DNA of 63,753 nt, filler included, from Stramenopiles sp. TOSAG23-2 (Eukaryota): the NCBI GenBank assembly GCA_900128395.1. It is 21 parts of 21 records of this genome, joined end to end, with 100 filler letters (N's around TTAATTAATTAA, not from the genome) between each part and the next. Parts side by side here need not be neighbours in the genome. Positions count along the whole stretch, not along the records: positions 9,454 to 12,503 come from LT651390.1; positions 12,604 to 15,652 come from LT651391.1; positions 15,753 to 18,800 come from LT651392.1; positions 18,901 to 21,947 come from LT651393.1; 17 more parts are not named here. One strand, given 5' to 3'. Shown here one piece after another: positions 10,680-21,427 of the stretch. The notes under the pieces are model-generated. The model was not told where the DNA came from and searched no databases. It saw nothing but the letters and a program-made list of their open reading frames with translations. The translations under genes were made by a program, and so were the position numbers. The number at the start of each line of letters is the position of its first letter. Positions within the stretch are counted from its first letter, which is position 1.

Positions 10680-12503
10680 TTATCCTCTAACCCTTTTCAT
10701 CATTTCTTCTTTTGCTTTGAAAAATGCCATTATATCTTCATCTGCATCTTTATTACCAGTCATTAATTTTTTAGCTTCCTGTGGTGGACTATACGATGAT
10801 GTTTTACCTTCACGTTCACTACCTTTCGCAGAATCACCTCTCCATGCATCTTTAACAAATCTACTTTGAGGACTACGTTCATTCATATTATTGGATGCAC
10901 CATTTTCATTATTTTCATGTACTTCCCTCAGCATTACAGAGTGCCATGATTCAAAGTCCGATTGCATTCGTATTCGCTGTCTTTCTAATTGTTTTTGGAT
11001 GCGTTCAATTTCTGATTTTAATTCACGTAATGTGTTAAAATTTTTCTTATAATCAACTTTAAACCTATCCATTTCTTTTTTCATATCGTTTTCAATTTGC
11101 ATGCTTTCTTGAACAGCTTCATCATCATTTTCTTCGTTAAATTGTTGTTGTTCTATCCTTAACTGTTCAATACGTTTTTTAATTTTATTGATATTACCCC
11201 TAGCACCATTCACACGTTTACCCATTGCTTTTGCTTCCATATACCGTTGGCGTAACAAACCTTTGTTTTCCTCAACTGCTTGATTTGAATGGTATGTAGT
11301 ACGAAAAACTTCAAATGCTTTTTTCTTATCTGCTAAAATTTCTGCTGTCACTTTGACTTCATTACGATTACTACGTTTCGACCCTTCGTCATAATTATTT
11401 TGTTGATTGTTATTTTCATTATTATTGCCACTATAAGATGATGAGGATGAGTATGGACGACTATTATTGTTATTACTACTATTATTAGCACCACCATCTG
11501 CTGGTATTGTTTTCCCTTGTTTCACCATATTTACTAAAATAGAAATTTCATTATCCCTATGAGCTAATAATTCTTTTAATTCTGCAATTTCTGCATCTAA
11601 TCGATCAATATCTTCCATATCACTGCTACTACCTGTCTTACTACCATATCCACCGCCTTTTCCTCTTCCACCACCACGTTCAGCTACCATATCTCGTAAT
11701 ATTTTCAATGCCATTTGAATCCGTGGAAAGGTTGGATTGCCACCAAATCCCATTGGTTGATTTGGATCACTTTCTCTCGCATCGAAAAATGTTTGTACTA
11801 AATCTCTTAAACGATCAATTTCATGACCAGCCATTTCTCGTTCATTCTCATCACCTTCCCCTAATTGCCTTTTCAAGAAATTGACTTCTTCTTTCAACGA
11901 TTTCACTTCTGCTTTTAATCGTTGAATCACAGAAGCAGGATCAACTTCTTCATTTACATATGCTTCATTTTGAACTAACGCGACACGCTGTGCGAATCGA
12001 CATGTGGAGATACTTTCCTCCGTTTGTTCTTTTTCAGCACTAATAGTTGCTATCATGGTAGTATGGCAATTACCACCTAAACTATCTCGCAAAAGACTAG
12101 TCATTAACGAATTTCTATATGGCACATGCGTTCGCCCCTTCGTTTTCCTTTCATGCAATGCAACAATGACCATTTCTAAATAATGCAAAGATGTATTGAT
12201 AAATTTTGCTTCACGTAAAATTTGTCCCCTTGCACCAGTTTTATGTGCCCTTTCTGACCCTGCTAAATCAACGATATGTAACTTTGATCTACGAATCACA
12301 TCACTACCTGCTTCACGGGATTCAACACTGATACTAAATACACAATGCGAACGCGAGGATGCCATATTCATCGGAGTTTCACTAATGGCACGATTTGTAT
12401 CACCAAGAAATAATAAATTCAATGCTTCCTCTTCGTTGTTTGCAACGTGCATGGTTAAACCTCTTAAATGCACGATCCCATCGTCATCTTCCATGAAATT
12501 AAC
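10680..12503 (-). CDS. KIF6: Kinesin-9 family motor (KIF6-like), 5'-truncated
   Basis: EALNLLFLGDTNRAISETPMNMASSRSH, VDLAGSER, HVPYRNS, STCRFAQRVA, and the KIF6-like tail TGNKDADEDIMAFFKAK. Confidence 0.92.
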   Translation of the reverse strand, partial: VNFMEDDDGIVHLRGLTMHVANNEEEALNLLFLGDTNRAISETPMNMASSRSHCVFSISVESREAGSDVIRRSKLHIVDLAGSERAHKTGARGQILREAKFINTSLHYLEMVIVALHERKTKGRTHVPYRNSLMTSLLRDSLGGNCHTTMIATISAEKEQTEESISTCRFAQRVALVQNEAYVNEEVDPASVIQRLKAEVKSLKEEVNFLKRQLGEGDENEREMAGHEIDRLRDLVQTFFDARESDPNQPMGFGGNPTFPRIQMALKILRDMVAERGGGRGKGGGYGSKTGSSSDMEDIDRLDAEIAELKELLAHRDNEISILVNMVKQGKTIPADGGANNSSNNNNSRPYSSSSSYSGNNNENNNQQNNYDEGSKRSNRNEVKVTAEILADKKKAFEVFRTTYHSNQAVEENKGLLRQRYMEAKAMGKRVNGARGNINKIKKRIEQLRIEQQQFNEENDDEAVQESMQIENDMKKEMDRFKVDYKKNFNTLRELKSEIERIQKQLERQRIRMQSDFESWHSVMLREVHENNENGASNNMNERSPQSRFVKDAWRGDSAKGSEREGKTSSYSPPQEAKKLMTGNKDADEDIMAFFKAKEEMMKRVRG

Positions 12504-13701
12504 NNNNNNNNNNNNNNNNNNNNNNNNNNNNNNNNNNNNNNNNNNNNTTAATTAATTAANNNNNNNNNNNNNNNNNNNNNNNNNNNNNNNNNNNNNNNNN
12601 NNNTCGAAATGTCGGGGGGGAGAAAAATAAAAACGTGATTAATCTAATAATGTTTCCACTTCTATCTTTCAATCTCTGCATATAAATATTATATATAATA
12701 ATAAACGACAAATATCTAATTTTGTGTTTATTCATTATTTTTATGGTTTTGAAGGAGGATTATTATTGTTTGGATTATTGTTTTAAATTCCATCAATTTT
12801 GTACTTAAATGTATACTAAGAAATAAGAAGGCTGTGGGAAATCGTAAAAAAAAGAATCTGAAGCTGACATAGCATAGAGATAGCAACGAATAGCACAGCG
12901 GGGTTTCCTGAATCGCTGGTTGATAGTATAGATGGACATAGCGACATAGCATAGTCGTATTAGTAGTCTCTGATAGCATCATACTTATTATCTTATTTCT
13001 TATATACATTTATTATTTAAGTAAGCCAGCAAGGTTTTAAGGTGTTCGTATTTAAATATCCTGAAGCTATTAACAGGTACGTAGTATTAGTTTCCTAATT
13101 TTTACTATAATTCTCTCTTTTCCTTTTCGATAATTATTTGTGAACGTATTTATATTGGGTTTACAGAAATAGATATATTGAACAATAGATTAGATAGGAA
13201 AAGTAACAATAGATTGGAGAGGATCCCCGATCTACAATAGATTCATATCTAACATATATATACTGTATATTCACACTATCATTGTAACCATCAACAGAAA
13301 AACATAGTATAGTATCATATCAAAAATGATTACATTAACAATTGGAATAACAATATCAATCATAGTAATATGCATTAGAGCACGCGTATAATATAGCAAA
13401 GAGATAGCATCAGACCAGCAGACATACAGTAAACTGGAGGCATATAATAATAGCTCATACCCTTGTGAGAGCTGATCAAAATCCTGATTAGTGAGGATTT
13501 TGATCAACTATCATCAACAATTGCTTGGGCAGAGATGTTTATCTTCATGATGAATATCTGTATCTGTGCTGCATCTTTCAATATTAACTGTCCACATGTT
13601 TGGAGGAAATACATGTAGCGCCTTGCACAAAAGCCAACAGTTGGATTGGCCTCTAAGTGATTGATTGAACCTGTGCATCCACCCACAAAAAAGATTTTCC
13701 A

Positions 13702-14364
13702 TTAAATGTTAATGTACATGTATACCAGCCTGTACCCATTTTGATCCAAGTGCCCAGGCTGGCCAATATACTTGCACAGACCTTGTGCTTTTTTGCATGT
13801 CTTGCATGACAAGCGTACCTTCACCTTTTTATTTGAAGGTTCAGTATATGAATTTGCAAAAGCATCTGCCTTCCTTTTGTGCATTTGTCTGCTGCAACAT
13901 CCATGTTTATAATATAATACATTTTTGATTGTAATCATTTTGAAAATCATTTATATATTTCTCACCTCCACCACCATCAATTATAAGAGATTTCAGCCAT
14001 TATAAAAATGATCTTGGTTTTGAAATTTCTCAGGTTAATGATGATTTTAACAAGGACAGTAGAATTGGCAAAATTGGCCAATAATAATAAACAAATGTAC
14101 ACATCATATGCCAGGTGTTTCAACAAGTACTGGGGACAAGACCTGTATAACCATCAAAAGGTCAACAAGGAGATCTTAAAGGTCATCCTTTTAACCTAAG
14201 AAAAAGGTGAAGGTGGTAAAATTGATGTCTTGCAAGACATGCTGTAAAGCACAAGGTGTGTGCAGGTATATTGGCAAGCCTGGGCACTTGGATCAGAAAG
14301 GATTCAGGATACCCAGGCAGTTGTCGAGCTGTCAGCATATACAAACAAAAATACTGCAGTAGCT
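13702..14364. pseudogene. Diverged inverted pair of degraded CxxC-x5-C-x7-H motif sequences
   Basis: Minus strand gives KKVKVRLSCKTCKKAQGLCKYIGQPGHLDQ (~13740-13830); plus strand gives KKVKVVKLMSCKTCCKAQGVCRYIGKPGHLDQ (~14200-14297). The region is CpG-poor and full of stops. Confidence 0.6.
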
Positions 14365-14428
14365 ATAGAATTTGCAGATGCTGAGGATGAAAATATGAAA
14401 CAAATCAACAAAAGGAAGGCAGAGGAGT

Positions 14429-14860
14429 TTGCTGCTAAATATAATTCAGCACGACTTCCAACCGGCCGGGCAAGTGTCATCAGGCAATGCACTTGCAAAT
14501 TTAGCTGAAACACCTACCGGTCGGTGGTTAGGTGAATTTGGCATTGATAATGTTAAAAATTTATTTGTTGTTGAATCACATCTTTTGTGTATTCACAGGG
14601 AGCAAATTCGTGCTGGTGCAAATTATGAAAAATTACCAACATCATTACAAAAGTTATTTATTGAAACATCGGCCAAATTTTTACGCTGGTACCTCTTTAG
14701 TTACATACAGCCTAAAATCGTTTTAGCATCGTGCGGGCCAGATGTCTTTGATGAGTTAGATAATTTGGATGGCGTTGAAGCTGCTGGGCATGGTTCATTT
14801 GATACTCGTCGAATTTACAATGGTACGAAAATTGCATTTTATGGTGTCGTACACATGTAG
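14429..14860 (+). CDS. Hypothetical protein fragment, possibly uracil-DNA-glycosylase-like fold
   Basis: TPTGRWL...FVVESHLLC...KFLRWYLFSYIQPKIVLASCG...FYGVVH loosely follows the UDG-superfamily motif order; no clear ATG. Confidence 0.3.
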   Translation: MLLNIIQHDFQPAGQVSSGNALANLAETPTGRWLGEFGIDNVKNLFVVESHLLCIHREQIRAGANYEKLPTSLQKLFIETSAKFLRWYLFSYIQPKIVLASCGPDVFDELDNLDGVEAAGHGSFDTRRIYNGTKIAFYGVVHM

Positions 14861-15132
14861 CTATAGCTGCTTATACAACATAGACACAGCATCTTTCATG
14901 TTCTTAGTAGGGTTATTACCAAAAACTGGAGCAGAGAGACGAGAGAACCACACATCTACTATTACACACACAATAAAAAGAGGGAGTTGGAAAAAATATA
15001 TATATATAGAGGTATACATAATAGAAACATAGGAAACATTAATAATACAACAACAAAAACAAAACAACGTTATAAACGTAGCACAAATTATCAACAACAA
15101 AATCAATATATTTATATTATTATTATAACAAT

Positions 15133-15333
15133 ATGCCAAACAACGCAGCACTTTCAAGAAGACGCGGTAACGCAAATGCTAAATCAGCAAACCAAGATTC
15201 TGCTTTATTAAAATATTACACTTCTGATTCAACTGGTTTACAACTTGGACCAACAGCTGTTTTAGTTATGTGCCTTTTATTTGTAGGTTTTGTTGTCATT
15301 TTACACATCTGGGGTAAAATCCGTAAAAATTAA
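15133..15333 (+). CDS. SEC61B: Protein transport protein Sec61 beta subunit
   Basis: LLKYYTSDSTGLQLGPTAVLVMCLLFVGFVVILHIWGK is the Sec61beta signature. Confidence 0.97.
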   Translation: MPNNAALSRRRGNANAKSANQDSALLKYYTSDSTGLQLGPTAVLVMCLLFVGFVVILHIWGKIRKN

Positions 15334-15780
15334 TTTGAGAAAGTTTGTATTCTATATATGTAATATATATATCTATATGATATATATCTATGTATAAATA
15401 TAAATTTTATGACAATATCATAATAATAAAATAATGGAAACAAAAATATTAACAAGATATTTTCTTTTTTATTAAAGATATATAAATGATGATGTGACGA
15501 TTTTTTTTTAAATATGTTTGATATATATAATTTTTGATTAGTATGTAAAAAATTAAAGAAACAACGACAAACAGAAACAGATATACAACATAGTAAAACA
15601 AAATCGTATACAAAAGTAATTGAAACATAAGTTTGTATATAATAAATATATANNNNNNNNNNNNNNNNNNNNNNNNNNNNNNNNNNNNNNNNNNNNTTAA
15701 TTAATTAANNNNNNNNNNNNNNNNNNNNNNNNNNNNNNNNNNNNNNNNNNNNAGAAAGGGAGAAAAAATTAAAATTTAAT

Positions 15781-17694
15781 ATGGCATCATTAGCATTAAA
15801 TTTTAAGAACAAAAATAATAAATCAACTACTTCACAAAAAAGTAGTACAACTGCTAAGAAGAGGTCATCTGGAACTGGTATACCTCGTAGAAAACTGTCA
15901 TCCGGAAGCACAAGTACAACTACAAGTAGAAATACAAGCAGTATTAATAAATTTAAATTGAAAAAATCAACAAGCAATGGGTCGTCTGGTAATAAATCTA
16001 TCGCTAACAATAGTAATAGAAAACGATTAAAAAAAAGCAATAGCGCTGGACAACCAAGAGAACAAGCGCAAAAAACAGAAGAGAAAAAAGCTGTAGTCTT
16101 TAATATTGACAAGCGTGCAAGGCGAATTAATAACGCACGTATGTTTACAAAAGGTATCAAAGCATTTCGAGGAAAACATCCATTTCAACCAAAAGTTTTA
16201 AAAGAAGAGAAAGAAAATGCTACTGACTTGAGCTTACATCGTGTTTTTGTTAGACCACGACCATTGTTTGAAAATGAAGCAGACCGTGGTGAATTTGACG
16301 CAGTCAGCTGCGTTGAAAATGGAATTTGCGTACATGAAGGAACACAAAAAATGTCATTTCGAAAAGGTGAAGTCAAAGTTTTAAGAAATCACATATTTCA
16401 AAACGTTACACCAGTGACATCAAATGATAATATGTTTGAAAATATAAAATATTTAATTGATCGGGTAAAAGAAGGAAAACATAGTTCTATATTCATGTTT
16501 GGTATGACTGGCAGTGGGAAAACGTATAATACGAATATTATTCATGAACGTGCCCCTATTAATTTTTTTCAAACAAGTGATTGTAATTCAACAATAGCGA
16601 ACAACTCGAGCAATACAACAATATTATCAACAGGAGAAAAAGGTAATAATAATATTAATGATGATGGAAAAGCAAAATCGCCACAAAAGATGATGATGAT
16701 AATCAATGAAGAGCCAACGACATACATAAATGTTGTTGCATATGAATTAGTTGGTAATAAATGTTACGATTTGCTTTCAGAGAAAAAAGGTGAGGTCTTT
16801 TTAAGGGTTGGAAAAGATAAGAATACACATGTATGTGAAAATGTTACGAAAACTGCAACAACAGCAGGTGAATTGCAAGATATTTTGAAGCAAGCATCAT
16901 TAAATCGTGAGACAGATGCTACTGGTGCCAATGCAACTAGTAGTAGATCACACGCCGTATATGAAATACACTATAAAAAAAACGATGGTAAATTATTATT
17001 AATAGATTTAGCAGGAAACGAAGGAAATATTGAAACGATGCATCACACGAAAGAACAAATGCAGCAAGCAGCATTGATTAATCAATCATTGAGCACGCTG
17101 AAAGCATGTTTGAAAAACATTGCCGTTGGTACAAAACATATACCTTTTCGTGAGGCGGCACTGACACGCGTATTGAAAAGTAGTTTAACGTCACCAACGT
17201 GTGCAACAGCAGTACTGGCATGTGTTTCTCCAGCATGTACGCATTTTGAATTGACAATGGGTACAATGAAATCATCAGTGAAATTGCTTGGTGAGGTGAA
17301 GAAACCAATAGTTGAGGAACATGAAATGCATGTGGAAGGCATCAAGAAGGGTGGTCCAAAAAATTGGGATCGACAAGCATTATTGCAATGGTTTCAAAAA
17401 CAAAATTTTGGATGTAAATTAGATGTTCCAGCTGGTATGAATGGGGCAGCTATTATGAAATTGAATTTAATACGATTAAATCAATGCTGTAAAACAAAAA
17501 AAGGACAATTAATTTCAAGGCAAAAGGCACAAGTAATTTTTGATGCATTAAGAGAAGCAGCTAGGAATGCAAGAAAAAAAGACCTGGCTATCAGGCAACG
17601 ATTATTAAATGAAAAAAATAAAGTTATGTCGACTGTTGATTTTGCTAAAAAAGCAAGACGTAATCCAACAGTTGCGTCAGCGTCTAGACGTTAA
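15781..17694 (+). CDS. Divergent kinesin with internal motor and C-terminal SAM-like region
   Basis: RVFVRPRP, P-loop GMTGSGKT, NATSSRSH, DLAGNE, HIPFRE; C-terminal KNWDRQALLQWF...MNGAAIMKL. Confidence 0.9.
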   Translation: MASLALNFKNKNNKSTTSQKSSTTAKKRSSGTGIPRRKLSSGSTSTTTSRNTSSINKFKLKKSTSNGSSGNKSIANNSNRKRLKKSNSAGQPREQAQKTEEKKAVVFNIDKRARRINNARMFTKGIKAFRGKHPFQPKVLKEEKENATDLSLHRVFVRPRPLFENEADRGEFDAVSCVENGICVHEGTQKMSFRKGEVKVLRNHIFQNVTPVTSNDNMFENIKYLIDRVKEGKHSSIFMFGMTGSGKTYNTNIIHERAPINFFQTSDCNSTIANNSSNTTILSTGEKGNNNINDDGKAKSPQKMMMIINEEPTTYINVVAYELVGNKCYDLLSEKKGEVFLRVGKDKNTHVCENVTKTATTAGELQDILKQASLNRETDATGANATSSRSHAVYEIHYKKNDGKLLLIDLAGNEGNIETMHHTKEQMQQAALINQSLSTLKACLKNIAVGTKHIPFREAALTRVLKSSLTSPTCATAVLACVSPACTHFELTMGTMKSSVKLLGEVKKPIVEEHEMHVEGIKKGGPKNWDRQALLQWFQKQNFGCKLDVPAGMNGAAIMKLNLIRLNQCCKTKKGQLISRQKAQVIFDALREAARNARKKDLAIRQRLLNEKNKVMSTVDFAKKARRNPTVASASRR

Positions 17695-17729
17695 GGATAG
17701 ATATATATATAACATTAAAGATAATAGAA

Positions 17730-17765
<36 letters not shown>

Positions 17766-17980
17766 GTTTGTAACATAGTGCTTGTGTGTGTTTGTAGCAT
17801 GCATAATGGTGACTTATATTTGTCAAACCGTTTGACTTGGTAAAAAAAGAGGAAAAAGGTTTTTTTTTATCATATTTCAAATTACGAAGTTCGTAACACA
17901 CGAAATGAACTTTCGGTTTGTAATTGTATAATATTCGACGTACAAAGTACTTCGTACTTGAAGTTCGTAAAATACCATAT

Positions 17981-18396
17981 GATACGGGTGTTCGTAAATT
18001 AAAGACTTACAAGGGAGAAATGCAAAAACTGAGTTTTTTTTATTTTTTTTAATATTTAAATTTAAAACGCACACAAAATTTTATATTTGTATCCATACAT
18101 TTATCAAATACAGTACTATCATAATATATATGAGCGATCGACACAACGTTTTTCAAACTTTAAACACCTTCAATCTTTTCAAATGTACCAGTTCCTTTGG
18201 AATGATACGGGTGTTTTTAAATTAAAGACTTAAGGGGAAATGCAAAAACTGAGTTTTTTATTAATGATAATAATCTTTTTTACGCGTATAAATTTAAAAC
18301 GCGCACAAAATTTTATTTGTACTATATCATCGATCGACACAACGTTTTTCAAACTTTAACCACCTTCAATCTTTTCAAATGTACCAGTTCCTTTGG
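17981..18396 (+). repeat. Diverged tandem duplication including the 3' end of the GT31 gene
   Basis: 17981-18200 and 18204-18396 share GATACGGGTGTT, GAAATGCAAAAACTGAGTTTT and CACCTTCAATCTTTTCAAATGTACCAGTTCCTTTGG, with indels between copies. Confidence 0.85.
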
Positions 18397-18800
18397 CTAA
18401 TGAAAGTTTCTCCATACCTTTACAAAATTTATCTCCTAGTATTAAATTTTGATGTATCATGCGAATGAATTTTGGTTTTAAATCGGCATAACTAACTAAC
18501 CCTTCTTGGCATGGAGCATTTTTTGCATTTGAAAACCATTTCACATCTTCTGGATGTACCCCAATACTAAATAACCAGACTGTTACACTAACATCTTCAA
18601 GTGTACCGACGCCTTTTAAAGATTTTTTATTGGCAACGATGTAATTTACACAATCTTTTGACATCAAATAATGTGGTCCAATTGCGATTGGTGGTAAATC
18701 TCTCATTTTCCAATGTTGATAGGATATATAATTTTTGGATTCATGGTCACGAATTGGACGCATCGGTCGTCCAAATCGTTTTTCCCAAACTTGCCCGGCA
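18356..18800 (-). CDS. Glycosyltransferase family 31 (beta-1,3-galactosyltransferase-like), C-terminal part
   Basis: RPIRDHESKNYIS...PPIAIGPHYLMSKD...LEDVSVTVWL; frame open to contig edge. Confidence 0.85.
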
Positions 18801-19148
18801 NNNNNNNNNNNNNNNNNNNNNNNNNNNNNNNNNNNNNNNNNNNNTTAATTAATTAANNNNNNNNNNNNNNNNNNNNNNNNNNNNNNNNNNNNNNNNNNNN
18901 TTATATAAATTATTATATGCGTAAATTAAATTAATATTATTTACCAGATTATATAATTATAAAAATATTATAAAATTTTAAAAAAAATACGAGCGCGTAT
19001 TAAATATTTTTTTATAATATATACAATTATTATATACGAAGTATTATATTTAGATTAATTTACACACTCTCACATTCATTGCCATAAGAATACGAAAAAC
19101 ACATCCATCATCCATCCTCGGGTCTCCCCCATCAAGATTGACCAAAAA

Positions 19149-20516
19149 CTACGATCTTTCATTGTCAAAGCACCAACGATTGAACCTGGTTTTAAACTTT
19201 TGTTTGAGGCAAAAAGCCGTCGACGCAATAATTTCATTTGTGCAAATTTCTTTCTCTTTTGGTGTTTCAGGAATATTTGTTTTAATCATACATTGATCAA
19301 ATTCACTATCGTCCATGAAATGTGAACATTCATTGCAATAACGCTCAAAACTCATTTGAGAACATTTTGGTTGCATTTTTTTTAACATGTACAATCGATA
19401 TTTCATTGGCATTGATAACCTTGCCGTGAAAGCGATTCTTGCTCTTTTGTTACATTTTCTGCGAGAAGGTTCTTCATCAAAACTTTGAGTTTGACGCTTA
19501 GTCTTAACAATCTTAAACAAACCACCAATGAAACCCACTTCGTTATCACTAGAATCTTCTTCCATTAAATCATAATTAAATTCAGCTTTCAGGCTACGTG
19601 AAGAAGGACATAATTCACAGCCTTTGCAGACCGTTGCGCCGCTTCGTTTCAACATGGCAAGCGTCTTGAACCGGTTACCCAGCGAATTATTTATGTCCCA
19701 ACAGTATGCTACACCCAGTGGAGTCTTGCCATCTCTGTTAACCTTGTTCATCTTGACCCTAGGATCTTTGAGTAACATCCGCAATACATTCGGGTTATTG
19801 GCTATTGCGAGCCTTAATGGTGTCGTGGCGTCCAAGCTCTCCGTATTTCGGTCCGTATTTAGATTTTCCAACAACATTTTGACAATTCTAACTTTGTCTG
19901 CCGTTTCAAACCCCCAAATAGCGTTCAAGAGAGGTGTTTGCCCTCTCTCATTCTTCTTATTCACGTCGACCTTACCTTTTCCCATGTCAAGAATTAGCTT
20001 TACCATACGTGCATTCTTTCTTTCAGCCGCCAAGTTTAACGGAGTGTTGCCGGATATATCTTCATAGTTCACATTGGCACCACGTATCAGTAGTTTTTTT
20101 ACTTGTCGAAGATTTCCATTCCTTACTGCTTCCGAAAGAAGTTCACCGATCTTACGTGATCTTAATCGTCGGTTTGAACGGGTAGGAGGAGGCGTTAAAC
20201 ATCCCGTAGCTTGCAACTTGTGGATATTACTATAGAATTGCATTTTTCCGCATGTCTGACAAGATGGATTTTGTTGATCGTACGTACATTCATCGCAGCA
20301 TGGTCGAAGTATTATTTCTGAGCATTGTGGATTTTTCATTGGGCTGTGTGTTTGAGCATATTGAATCATTGCATCGCAAGTTTGAAATGTTCCTGGCGGA
20401 AGCACTTGTCCTGGAGATGTAAATAATTTTCGAAATTGATTTGCCTCTGCCGGAGCAATGTTAATTGTACCAGCAATTGCTACAAGTAAAAATAATATTG
20501 TTACTTTGGTATTCAT
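19149..20516 (-). CDS. Secreted Cys-rich protein with central ankyrin repeats
   Basis: Signal peptide MNTKVTILFLLVAIAG...AEA; ankyrin repeats (GANVN..GNTPLNLA, GQTPLLNA, TTPLRLA, GKTPLGVA); Cys-rich N- and C-terminal modules. Confidence 0.9.
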   Translation of the reverse strand: MNTKVTILFLLVAIAGTINIAPAEANQFRKLFTSPGQVLPPGTFQTCDAMIQYAQTHSPMKNPQCSEIILRPCCDECTYDQQNPSCQTCGKMQFYSNIHKLQATGCLTPPPTRSNRRLRSRKIGELLSEAVRNGNLRQVKKLLIRGANVNYEDISGNTPLNLAAERKNARMVKLILDMGKGKVDVNKKNERGQTPLLNAIWGFETADKVRIVKMLLENLNTDRNTESLDATTPLRLAIANNPNVLRMLLKDPRVKMNKVNRDGKTPLGVAYCWDINNSLGNRFKTLAMLKRSGATVCKGCELCPSSRSLKAEFNYDLMEEDSSDNEVGFIGGLFKIVKTKRQTQSFDEEPSRRKCNKRARIAFTARLSMPMKYRLYMLKKMQPKCSQMSFERYCNECSHFMDDSEFDQCMIKTNIPETPKEKEICTNEIIASTAFCLKQKFKTRFNRWCFDNERS

Positions 20517-20972
20517 TCTTTTGATTTCTTTTGCTGTCTTTTTGTTTGATTTATTTGATTTGTTTATTTGTTGAATCTGTTTTCTTCTTCTTTTCTTTTT
20601 TTTGTTTTCTTTTTCTTTTCTTTTTGTTTATTTTTTTTTCTTCTAGACGAGTATGTTTTGTTTATGTTTGTTGAAATATATATATATACTATAGTATAAT
20701 AATATTATTATTGGGTATTGCTTGGTGCCTTGAGTATTGTATAGTATTAGATATTAATATATAGCATGTGAATAGCACTAAAAAATGGCAATTGCAACAT
20801 TTCTGTTTACTTTTGAAATATGCACATAGGACACTGAAATTAAGCCATCATGTGCCCTTAAACTGTGAAAATGTTTATTTAGAAGTTTCTTGCCTTTATC
20901 ATCACATAAAGTGAAATCACAATGAACCACTACACCATCTGAGTACGATATTAATGCAATTTTATCACACGG

Positions 20973-21427
20973 CCAACCCTGATCATTATTTTTTCAATAT
21001 TGTATAATCTATGTCCCTACATGCTTTCTTACATGCATAAGCTAAGTGTGTATGTAATTTTTATATATGGTTGAAAATTTTATAGTATATAAAATATGGA
21101 TGTATTTTCAGCAATCCAACATGTTAAACATTGTACAATGCTATTAGCCTGTCAATAGCACTTACATTTAGAACATACACACAGCATTGTGATCAACAAA
21201 GGCAAAAATTTTACAAAAAAATGAAAAACGCGACACTCCAACCCTGATCATTATTTTTTCAATATTGTATAATCTATGTCCCTACATGCTTTCTTACATG
21301 CATAAGCTAAGTGTGTATGTAATTTTTATATATGGTTGAAAATTTTATAGTATATAAAATATGGATGTATTTTCAGCAATCCAACATGTTAAACATTGTA
21401 CAATGCTATTAGCCTGTCAATAGCACT
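20973..21427 (+). repeat. Exact 190-bp direct repeat with a 75-bp spacer
   Basis: 20973-21162 is identical to 21238-21427. Confidence 0.9.
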
